DNA from: an uncultured Planctomycetia bacterium
GTDB lineage: Bacteria; Planctomycetota; MHYJ01; WSZJ01; CAZYRM01
DNA: 64,000 nt
Direction: 5' to 3'
NCBI GenBank assembly: GCA_964649705.1
Contig: CAZYRM010000015.1
Coordinates: forward strand, 1,119-65,118
The notes under the pieces are model-generated. The model was not told where the DNA came from and made no database searches. It saw only the letters and a program-made list of their open reading frames with translations. The first letter of the stretch is position 1, and each line of letters begins with the position of its first letter. The translations under genes were made by a program, and so were the position numbers. Below, one piece after another: positions 26,240-34,601 of this stretch.

Positions 26240-26370
26240 GGAGATCCCAGATCCCAAATCCAAAATCCCAACGAAATCCTACATCCCAGATCCCAAACTG
26301 GGTTCCATCGTGGTTGGGATCTGGGATGTGGGATTTCGTTGGGATTTTGGATTTGGGATCTGGGATCTCC
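26240..26370. repeat. 57-bp-arm palindrome built of A(G/A)ATCCC heptamers
   Basis: 26240-26296 pairs with 26314-26370 with one T.G pair; 17-nt loop. Confidence 0.96.
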
Positions 26371-26451
26371 GCGCCGCATCGCGCACAGGACCGGGCTTGA
26401 CAAGGGACTCGCCAGAGGCTACCGGAGACATGGTTCAGGGGGATAGCGGAC

Positions 26452-29400
26452 ATGGGTTCGCCCAGGGAAGTCCTGCTCGGACGGATCGCCGTCAAGCGCG
26501 GGCTCCTATCGCCGGAGGAGCTGACGAGGGCGATCGAGGAGCAAACCAGGCGCGGAGACGTGACGCTCGGCGTGCTCCTCGTCCAGCTCGGCCTCCTCTC
26601 CCAACTGCAGCTCAACGACCTCCTCGCCGAGCAGCAGGCCGCCCTCTCCGCGCAGGCACCCGCCGCGCCCCCCGCGCCGCCGGGCGCTCCCGCGAAACCC
26701 GTCACACAGGGCCAGAACCTCCTCGGACGCCGCGCCGTCGACGCCGGGCTCCTCACCCCCGACCAGCTCAACGACTGCATCCGCGAGCAGGGCCTCCGCG
26801 AGGGCCAGGGGCGCTTCCAGCGCCTCGGCGAGATCCTCGTCGACAAGGGCCTCCTCACCGCGACGCAGGTCGAGGCCCTCATCGGCGCCCAGGGGAAGCG
26901 GCTCCTCAAGTGCCCGAAGTGCCACGCGCAGTACAACGTCGCCGGCGACTCGGGCCCCTCCCCCGCGTGCCCGCGCTGCCGCGTGGCGCTCGTCGTCGCC
27001 GCCGCAACCGCCCCGCCGCCCGATCCGTTCGCCACCGCGGCGACGATCGTCAGGACGCCCTCGAAACCCAAGCTCGACAACGTCAGCGCCGAGGGGACGA
27101 TCTACTTCAACAAGGAGACCGTCGAGCTCCCCTCGGTCGACCCCGGGCCGAGACGCTCGCCCCCTCCGCCCCCCGCGAGGCGCCCCGGGGGAGGGACGAC
27201 GCGTCGGACGAAGAAGCACGCGCCCAAGCCGAAGTACGTCGACTACCGCAAGAGCCGCACCGCGAGGCCCCCCTCGTTCCAGTGGGTCGGCTTCGCCGCG
27301 ATCGGCGCGGCCGTCCTCCTCGTCGGGATCCTCGCGCTCGGCGGCTCCTCGAAGCCCCCGTCGACGACGTCGTCCTCCTCCGCGGAGCCCGAAAAGCCCA
27401 CGACGTCCTCCTCCGACCCGCGCGTGGTCTCCGACGAGCAGTGGAGGTCCTACCTCGCCGGCCTCCCCGAGGACCCGGTCGAGCGGATCCGGAGACTCGA
27501 CGGGATGGACTTCTCGGGCCCCATGGGAAAGCGCGCGAAGAAGGAGATCGCGAGGATCGAGGAAGAGCTCGACAGGAAGCTCGATGAGGAGTTCAGGCAG
27601 CGCAGGAAGTCCGCAAGCGACCTCGCCGCGAGCGAGCAGTACGACGCGGCGATCTCCGCGTGGAACGACTTTCCCCGCCGCCTCGACGTGCACGGCAAGT
27701 ACGCGGACCGCATCGCGGCCGAGGTCTCCACGCTCCAGAAGCGCAGCGAGGCCCACGACGTCGCCGTCCGCCCCCGGCAGCCGGTCGAGCCCGCGCAGCC
27801 GAGGACCTCCCCGGAGATCGACGCCGCGAACCAGCGCGTCGCCCAGGCGCGCGCCGACATCGCCAGGCGCAAGAAGGAGGTCGCCGACCTCAAGCTCGCG
27901 GAGTTCGCGCGCCTCACGAAGGGCTCGGTGTCCCGCCCGATGGACCTCGACATCAACGGCCAGCTCCTCAAGGGATGCGTCTTCACCGAGATCAACGACG
28001 ACGGCGGGCTCATCAAGGTCAAGGACCCGCCCGTGACGACCTCGCTCTTCTTCGCCTACCTGAAGCCGCCGACGCTCTTCAAGATCCGCAAGGCGATGAC
28101 GGACGCCGAGGAGGTCTCCTCGCGCTTCGCCCTCGGCCGCTACGCCGCGCGCCTCGGCCTCTACAAGGAGGCGGAGCAGGAGTTCAAGTGGGTCGTCGGA
28201 AAGGACGCCTCGTACCAGTCCCGCGTCCCGGACCTCGCGAAGCTCAAGCAGCGCGGGATCGTCTTCCACGGCGTCGTCCAGAGCCGATTCGACAAGTACA
28301 AGATCGTCTACGACTTCACGGGGCCGGACGAGGCGCTCGACTTCCAGACCGACGTCGGGAACGTCTCGGTCGAGAAGGGGCAGCTCGTCCTCGCTGGCTC
28401 GCGCGTGGTCCAGGCGAGCCTGAAGGAGGTCGCCTTCGCCGGCGAGGCGACCCTCTCCGTCGCGATGGCGGCCGCGCCGCAGGACATGCTGATCGGCTGG
28501 GGCCTCCAGCTCACCTGCACGGACGGGAAGGCGGTCTCGCTCCTCGTGTTCTCGGTCGAGGGCGAGCTCATCGTCATGGCGAAGACGCCGGGCGCCGACA
28601 AGATGGACGAGAAGGCGACGCTGCCCGCCCGCGGCGGAGAGGAGCTCTCGTTCAAGCTGGAGAAGGGGACGCAGATTTCCCTCCTCCAGGGGAAGACGGT
28701 CCTCTGGTCCGACTCGGTCCCGACGGTCACGGCATGCGGCATCTCCCTGCTGGGGTTCCACCGGCAGGAGACCGGAACGGTCCGCGGCGCGTTCGACAAG
28801 ATCTCGATGGAGGGGAAGATCCGGCCCGAGTGGATGAAGAAGATGAGGGCGGAGTCGGAGGTCCGGGCGCTCAGGACGCTTGAGGAGGACCTGCAGCTCT
28901 CCTCGGACGACGAGGCCGACCCGCCGCTCGATCCGCTCTCGGTGGAGGCGAACGCGCGGATCTCCTCGAGCGACCTGGGGCTCTTCCGGGAGGCGCGGCA
29001 GACGCTCGAGCGTCGGGGCCTCACGTACAAGGAGGTCTACGAGGTCGAGCTCAAGCTCTACGAGCTCGCGCAGAGGGAGCCGGGCTTCCCGGGGACGCCG
29101 TACATCCTCGCGCGGCTCCTCTCGCGCATCGGGGTGGACGACATGGCGGACGAGCTCCTCTCGAGGGCGGTGGAGCTCGACCCGCGCTTCTACGAGGCGC
29201 TCGTCGAACGCGCCAAGCTCTCCGTCGACAAGAAGGAGTTCGACAAGGCGAAGAAGGACATCGAGGCGGCGCTGGCGATCAAGCCCGACTGCGGGCAGGC
29301 CTGGTCGGCGCGGGGGTACATCCGGATCTCCGAGCGGAAGTTCCTCGAGGCGGCGGAGGACCTGGAGCTTGCGATCGCGCTCACGCCGACGGACCGAGGG

Positions 29401-30225
29401 GCGCTCCACCTCCTGAAGGACGCGCGGCACCTCCTGAAGGGGCCCTGGCCGAAGGAGAGCGGGAAGACGGAGTACGTCGCGGAGACGCAGCACTTCCGAG
29501 TGCGGACGGACATGGGGGCGAAGAAGGCGAAGGAGTTCGCCGAGCGGCTGGAGAAGGCGAGGGAGGTCTACGTCCTGGAGATCCCGCCGCCCTCGGGCGC
29601 GGTGGAGCGCGCCGAGGTGGTCGTCTTCTACACCGAGGAGGCGTATCACACGTACGCGGAGCTGACGAGCGACGACCGCGCGGAGTCGACGCTCGGGTAT
29701 TTCCACCCGCTCTACAACCAGCTCTTCCTGTTCGAGGGGGCGACGGACGTCTCGGGGCAGGAGCTGCTGCACGTCCTCTTCCACGAGGGGTTCCACCAGT
29801 ACCTGGAGGGGATCATCCCGTTCAACCCGACGTGGTGCAACGAGGGGCTGGCGGAGTATTACGGGGGGAAGGCGTTCGCGCGGGAGACGGGGCTGACGCG
29901 CGACCCGTTCCTGGCGATCCGCCTGGAGAACCTGCAGTCGTCCTATGCGGCGGGGTCGAAGATCGACTTCGCGACGATCATGGACATGTCGCAGGCGGAG
30001 TTCTACGGCGACTGGGCGCCGGTGCTGTACGCGCAGGGGTGGGCGATGTGCCACTGGTTCCTGGAGGTGGCGCCGAAGGGGGAGAGGGAGGCGTTCCTGG
30101 CGTACCTGGACGAGATGAGGAGGGGCTCCACGCGCGAGGAGGCGAGGGAGCGGGCCTTCGCGGGGAAGGACCTGAAGGACATGGAGCGGCGGTGGAGCTC
30201 GTGGATGCGGGCGTGGAAGTACTAG
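26452..30225 (+). CDS. MshEN-like x2 + Zn-ribbon + TM + TPR + DUF1570 (zincin-like) protein
   Basis: RLGEILVDKGLL; CPKC..CPRC; Pro-rich linker; TM; TPRs; LFHEGFHQY...WCNEGLAEY. Confidence 0.82.
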   Translation: MGSPREVLLGRIAVKRGLLSPEELTRAIEEQTRRGDVTLGVLLVQLGLLSQLQLNDLLAEQQAALSAQAPAAPPAPPGAPAKPVTQGQNLLGRRAVDAGLLTPDQLNDCIREQGLREGQGRFQRLGEILVDKGLLTATQVEALIGAQGKRLLKCPKCHAQYNVAGDSGPSPACPRCRVALVVAAATAPPPDPFATAATIVRTPSKPKLDNVSAEGTIYFNKETVELPSVDPGPRRSPPPPPARRPGGGTTRRTKKHAPKPKYVDYRKSRTARPPSFQWVGFAAIGAAVLLVGILALGGSSKPPSTTSSSSAEPEKPTTSSSDPRVVSDEQWRSYLAGLPEDPVERIRRLDGMDFSGPMGKRAKKEIARIEEELDRKLDEEFRQRRKSASDLAASEQYDAAISAWNDFPRRLDVHGKYADRIAAEVSTLQKRSEAHDVAVRPRQPVEPAQPRTSPEIDAANQRVAQARADIARRKKEVADLKLAEFARLTKGSVSRPMDLDINGQLLKGCVFTEINDDGGLIKVKDPPVTTSLFFAYLKPPTLFKIRKAMTDAEEVSSRFALGRYAARLGLYKEAEQEFKWVVGKDASYQSRVPDLAKLKQRGIVFHGVVQSRFDKYKIVYDFTGPDEALDFQTDVGNVSVEKGQLVLAGSRVVQASLKEVAFAGEATLSVAMAAAPQDMLIGWGLQLTCTDGKAVSLLVFSVEGELIVMAKTPGADKMDEKATLPARGGEELSFKLEKGTQISLLQGKTVLWSDSVPTVTACGISLLGFHRQETGTVRGAFDKISMEGKIRPEWMKKMRAESEVRALRTLEEDLQLSSDDEADPPLDPLSVEANARISSSDLGLFREARQTLERRGLTYKEVYEVELKLYELAQREPGFPGTPYILARLLSRIGVDDMADELLSRAVELDPRFYEALVERAKLSVDKKEFDKAKKDIEAALAIKPDCGQAWSARGYIRISERKFLEAAEDLELAIALTPTDRGALHLLKDARHLLKGPWPKESGKTEYVAETQHFRVRTDMGAKKAKEFAERLEKAREVYVLEIPPPSGAVERAEVVVFYTEEAYHTYAELTSDDRAESTLGYFHPLYNQLFLFEGATDVSGQELLHVLFHEGFHQYLEGIIPFNPTWCNEGLAEYYGGKAFARETGLTRDPFLAIRLENLQSSYAAGSKIDFATIMDMSQAEFYGDWAPVLYAQGWAMCHWFLEVAPKGEREAFLAYLDEMRRGSTREEARERAFAGKDLKDMERRWSSWMRAWKY

Positions 30226-30253
30226 GGAGCCCGTCCGGTCTCGGGAGGCGTCT

Positions 30254-32269
30254 CTATTTCTTGAGCTGCTGTTCGCAGTACTTCCGGTTCTGCTTCAGCG
30301 TGGAATCGCCCGGCAGATCGGCCAACCCCTTGTCGTAGATCGCAATCGCCCCCTTCCAGTCCTTCCGGTCCATCGCCTCCTTCGCCCACTCGTTGTAGTA
30401 GAACGTGATGTTCTGCTTGAACGCCCGCTCCTTCGGGTCCTCCGCGAGGCCCTCCTTCATCACCTGGATCGCCTCCTCCCGCTTCCCTGAGTCGTTCAGC
30501 TCCTTGGACCAGTCGAGGCGGACCACGACCCGGTTGTGCGCGAGCAGCTTGTCCCCAGGCGACGCCGCGAGCGCGCGGCCGTACACGTCGAGCGCCTCCT
30601 CCCACTTCTTCTCCTTCGCCAGCCGCTTCGCCCAGGCGTCGTAGAGCGCCACCCGGGCCTTTAGCAGGTCCTTGTCCCCCGGGTATCTCGCCAGCGCCGT
30701 CTGAATCGTCTCGAGCCCCTTCTCCGGCCCCTCCTTCTCGCTCCGGTCGAGCGCCCACTGCCCGAATGCGTACCTGAGGTTCCTCGTGTAGTAGAAGCAC
30801 GCCGGGTCGCGCGCGATCGCCTTCTCGAAGATCGAGACCGCCTCTTCGAACCGTTTCCCCTCCACGGCCTCGAGCCCCCACCTCGTGAACGAGGCGATCA
30901 GGTTCTGCCTGAGCCCCTCGCACGCCGGGTCGATCGAGAGGCCCTGATCGAGCACGCCGATCGCCTTCTCGTACTCCTTCTCCCTCCCCAGCTCGTAGGC
31001 CCACCGGACATGCCCCTGGACCAGGTTGTGCAACGCTCCCGAGAACCCCGGGTCGAGGTCGAGCGCCTTCGCGTAGCACGCGAAGGCCTCGGTGAAGGCC
31101 TTGTCCTCCGAGAGCCCCACGCCGCGGTTGTAGTACACGATCGCCACGGCCCCCACGTCCCTCACCTCGCGGCGCTGCTTCGAGTGCTTGTCGGGGATGT
31201 AGACCACGCCCATCTGCTTCTCCAGCTCCGCGACGAGCGTCTTGTCGCGCACGGGGTCGAACCCGCGCGGCGTCGTCGTCTCGACGTCGAGCCCGTCCTC
31301 GCCGTCGTAGAGGATGCTGAAGGCGTGATCGGGGACCTCGATGACCCTGAGGTCGAGCCCGAGGCGCTGCCCGACGGCGTTGTAGAGCGTCGCGCTCGAG
31401 ATGCAGTTGAACTCCCCCTTGTCCACGACCTGGGTGAGGTCGGTGGCGTGGCTCCGATACCTCTTCAGCCCGTTCTTGTGCAGCCACTCGAGGAGCGCCT
31501 TTCCCCTCGTGCGCGCGTCGCCGCCCCCGATGGCGCCGCGGGCCTTCTCGGCGAGCCCGTCCACTTGCGCGCGGTACTTCGCCAGCCCCGCCTCGTCCGC
31601 GACGCCGCAAGCGACGAAGGCCGCCTCGTCGAGCGTCAGGTCGTCGAGCTTCCCGTCCTTCGCGTCGGCGAAGAGCCGCTCCTCGAGAGGGGTCCTCTTC
31701 ACGTCGAGGCTCGGCGCCGCGGCGCGCGCCTTGCGGTAGGCCTCGTACCGCTTCGCGTCCATCTCTGAGACGACGTAGGTCTCCTCCGGGGGAAAGGCGC
31801 CGATGACCTCGATCCCGGAGAGGAGCGTCTTCGACCCGCCGTGGCTCGTGAGGACTCGGATTCGGAGGAACTTCACCGGCAGGTCCGGCACGTCGAGCGT
31901 CTGCGCCCCGCCGCGGTCCTCGAGGGCGAACTCGCCGACGGAGGCGAACCCCGCGGTGGCGCTGTCGATGGAGGCGAGGACCTCCACGTCGCGCGCCCGG
32001 CTGTCCTTCTTCCCGTCGGGGGCGGAGAGGACCACGCGCGCGACGTCCCCGACGCGGTCGTGGGGGAAGGCGAGGGTCACCTCGCAGGGGAGACGCTTCT
32101 CCCCGGGGAGCGAGCACGCCGTCGCAGCGTCGCCATCGATGAGCGCGTCGAGGTCTTTCGGAGACCCCCACGAGGCGTGGACGACGCGCCCTCCGGCGGC
32201 CTTCGCGACGAGGTCCTCCTCGGCGAGCACAGCCGCGCACAAGGCCAGGAACAGAGCAGCCCGTCTCAT
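30254..32269 (-). CDS. Secreted discoidin-like + transglutaminase-like + TPR protein
   Basis: GGAGG RBS; signal peptide; F5/8-like VKFLRIRVL; FNCISSATLY, PDHAF, DVETT; C-terminal TPRs. Confidence 0.78.
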   Translation of the reverse strand: MRRAALFLALCAAVLAEEDLVAKAAGGRVVHASWGSPKDLDALIDGDAATACSLPGEKRLPCEVTLAFPHDRVGDVARVVLSAPDGKKDSRARDVEVLASIDSATAGFASVGEFALEDRGGAQTLDVPDLPVKFLRIRVLTSHGGSKTLLSGIEVIGAFPPEETYVVSEMDAKRYEAYRKARAAAPSLDVKRTPLEERLFADAKDGKLDDLTLDEAAFVACGVADEAGLAKYRAQVDGLAEKARGAIGGGDARTRGKALLEWLHKNGLKRYRSHATDLTQVVDKGEFNCISSATLYNAVGQRLGLDLRVIEVPDHAFSILYDGEDGLDVETTTPRGFDPVRDKTLVAELEKQMGVVYIPDKHSKQRREVRDVGAVAIVYYNRGVGLSEDKAFTEAFACYAKALDLDPGFSGALHNLVQGHVRWAYELGREKEYEKAIGVLDQGLSIDPACEGLRQNLIASFTRWGLEAVEGKRFEEAVSIFEKAIARDPACFYYTRNLRYAFGQWALDRSEKEGPEKGLETIQTALARYPGDKDLLKARVALYDAWAKRLAKEKKWEEALDVYGRALAASPGDKLLAHNRVVVRLDWSKELNDSGKREEAIQVMKEGLAEDPKERAFKQNITFYYNEWAKEAMDRKDWKGAIAIYDKGLADLPGDSTLKQNRKYCEQQLKK

Positions 32270-32374
32270 GTCGCCTCCCGCTTCGATCGACGGCATTCTG
32301 CATCACGAACGCCCCCGGTGGCGAGGGGAACCCTGCGATTGCCCGGGGCGCCAGGAAGACGTACACTCCGTCCG

Positions 32375-32863
32375 ATGAGACCGATCCGCTTCTGGTTCAA
32401 TGGCGGCTATGCGGACTTCCAGGTGCCCGAGGGGGCGGACGACCGCTTCGAAGGAAGTGCGCTGCGGCTCGACGGGCCGTCGGGGCCGGTCCTGCGCATC
32501 AGCATCCTCAGGACGAGGCCGGCTCGCGAGGGTGGACCCGCGACGGCCGAGGAGGCGCTCCGGCTGACCCGCTTCGTGGACGCTGGGACGCTCGAGGCGC
32601 TCCCGCAGAACCGTGCGGTGTTTTCCCACGTCGTCCCTGCGGCGGACGGGAACGAGGACCTGGTGGCCCACGTGTGGCATCTGGCCGTCCCAGGCCCCGA
32701 CGCGTCGATCCTCGTGGCGATCTTCGCCCTGATGCTCCACGCCAAAGACGCTGCCGCCGCGGAACCCACGATCAAGGCCGTCGCCTCCGAGGTCCGCACG
32801 GCGCGCTTCCTCTTCTTCGACCAGCCCGAGACGGCCGAGGCCCCGGACGTCGAGGACGCGTAG
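32375..32863 (+). CDS. Hypothetical protein (162 aa)
   Basis: Balanced composition (MRPIRFWFNGGYADF...) and GC3-biased codons; no family recognised. Confidence 0.6.
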   Translation: MRPIRFWFNGGYADFQVPEGADDRFEGSALRLDGPSGPVLRISILRTRPAREGGPATAEEALRLTRFVDAGTLEALPQNRAVFSHVVPAADGNEDLVAHVWHLAVPGPDASILVAIFALMLHAKDAAAAEPTIKAVASEVRTARFLFFDQPETAEAPDVEDA

Positions 32864-32908
32864 TGGGTCTGGGCATGGAGCGGTGAGCCCGTTGCTGCCT
32901 GTCCCAGG

Positions 32909-33334
32909 CTATGGCTCGCCTTGTCCCAGCTTGGACACGAAGAGGAGCAGAAGCTCCTTCAAGTCCTTCCGATCCTCCGTCAGGATTCGGAAGACGATCC
33001 TCGAGTCCACTCGATCGTACAGGTGGACGACCCGATTGCGGAACGAGAACATGGGGCCGAAGCGATCGGTGGACCCGGCGGGCAGTTGCCCCGCGGTCTC
33101 CAGGGCTTGAAGGACGTCGCGACTCGTCGAGGGTGCGGGGAGACCGAGACTCGCACAGAGGTGGCTCCCCAAGTCCATGAGCCCTTGAATGGCGGTCTGC
33201 AGGGCATACAGGGCGCTATCCAGGTTGCGAAAGTCGGACATGAACTCGTCGTAGCTGCCCTGAGGGATTCGGGTCAGCTTCGCGAGGTTTGCCTCGACGA
33301 AGTCGATCTTCCCCTGGACTTCCTCGGTTGGCAC
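32909..33334 (-). CDS. hepT: HepT-like HEPN RNase toxin (DUF86)
   Basis: LQTAIQGLMDLGSH; RNRVVHLY matches RX4HXY. Confidence 0.88.
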   Translation of the reverse strand: MPTEEVQGKIDFVEANLAKLTRIPQGSYDEFMSDFRNLDSALYALQTAIQGLMDLGSHLCASLGLPAPSTSRDVLQALETAGQLPAGSTDRFGPMFSFRNRVVHLYDRVDSRIVFRILTEDRKDLKELLLLFVSKLGQGEP

Positions 33335-33335
33335 G

Positions 33336-33815
33336 CTAGGACCTCTCCAACCGGCGCCTGATCGCCCCGAGCCGACCGCGCGTGGCGATTTCGTAAGTCG
33401 GTCGGAAGTCGAATGCGCGCACGTAGGTCTCCGCCTCGAAGGAGATGCGCCGATCACGGTCCGCCTCGTACACCAGCTTCCCTTCCAGCAGCACTCGGTG
33501 ACGGAAGAGCCACCCCTGGGTCTCGAGCACGACCAGGTCCAATGGACGGCCGTCGCACACGGCTTCCAATCGGCTCGCGAGGTCCCCGAGCAGGCGGTGG
33601 TGATCGAGCGCGGTCGCGCCGGGCGTCCGGAAGAGGATCCCGATGTCCAGATCGCTCTCGGGACCGGCCGTACCGCGGGCGACCGAGCCAAACACGTACG
33701 CGGCCGCGATCTCCGGATAGCGAGCGAAGATGGCCTTCGCGCGGGCCGCGAAGCCCGCCGCTGCAGGGATCGTGACAGGAGGTTCGGTGAAGCGCATGGA
33801 CATCTCGGAAGCCAT
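33336..33815 (-). CDS. mntA: MntA-like minimal nucleotidyltransferase antitoxin
   Basis: AYVFGSVARGTAGPESDLD matches GSX10DXD; directly upstream of hepT. Confidence 0.88.
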   Translation of the reverse strand: MASEMSMRFTEPPVTIPAAAGFAARAKAIFARYPEIAAAYVFGSVARGTAGPESDLDIGILFRTPGATALDHHRLLGDLASRLEAVCDGRPLDLVVLETQGWLFRHRVLLEGKLVYEADRDRRISFEAETYVRAFDFRPTYEIATRGRLGAIRRRLERS

Positions 33816-33875
33816 TGTATGACCGCGCCTGGGTCGAGACAACCGGCACTTCCGGATGGCGCGCCCGACCCTCTG

Positions 33876-34457
33876 TCAAGGCCTGCGCGTGAGGATGACG
33901 CAACCCTGCTCGATGTACCAGCGTAGTCGACACTGCCTCGCGACCTCGTCGAGCAGGCCAGGGAGCCGCTGGCCGAGGGCGGACCAGGTGACCCGAATCG
34001 CCTCGGCGGCATCGATCGATTCCTCGTCGATGAGGATGTTGAGTCGGGAGATCTCTCGTATTTGCGTTACGACATCCGGAAGGGGCGTGTCACGGAAGTC
34101 GGGAGACATCGCCATGGCATTGGCCTTGGCCATCACTTCGGAGTTGCCCTCCTCGAACTTCCCTGGGTCCCTTCGCAGTTGATTGAGCGTCCAATCATCC
34201 GGAAGGCGGCTCGGAACGGGGTTGGTCTCCGAGCGCGTAGGCGACGCTTCGGCGTTGCCAAGGAACCTGGAAACGGCCTCCGCTCGAACAGCCGCGAGTC
34301 GGGACAAGCCTGCGACTTCCTTGTTCTCGCATGGAAACCACTTCACAGCCTCGACGACGAAGGCATACTCCGCGCCGGCCCTTTCGTAGTTACCCTCGAC
34401 GATGGCGCGCTCTCCCCTCTCGAAGCGCTGGTGGACCTCATCGAACGGGGCCTTCAC
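33876..34457 (-). CDS. Hypothetical protein with a C-terminal STN-like domain (possible fragment)
   Basis: DFRDTPLPDVV...LNILID...LLDEV...L.W.IE.G.VIL; weak start. Confidence 0.5.
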   Translation of the reverse strand: MKAPFDEVHQRFERGERAIVEGNYERAGAEYAFVVEAVKWFPCENKEVAGLSRLAAVRAEAVSRFLGNAEASPTRSETNPVPSRLPDDWTLNQLRRDPGKFEEGNSEVMAKANAMAMSPDFRDTPLPDVVTQIREISRLNILIDEESIDAAEAIRVTWSALGQRLPGLLDEVARQCRLRWYIEQGCVILTRRP

Positions 34458-34601
34458 GTAGCAGAAGCACGGCTCATGAGTGACCTTCGCGACGGACGGC
34501 TCGGAGGTCGCGCGGACAGCTCGACGGGAGAGTCGCTCGACCGGTACTTCCTGCCCTACGCAGGCGCCGCGAGGACGCGCGCGGGCAAGGCCTGACCGAC
34601 C

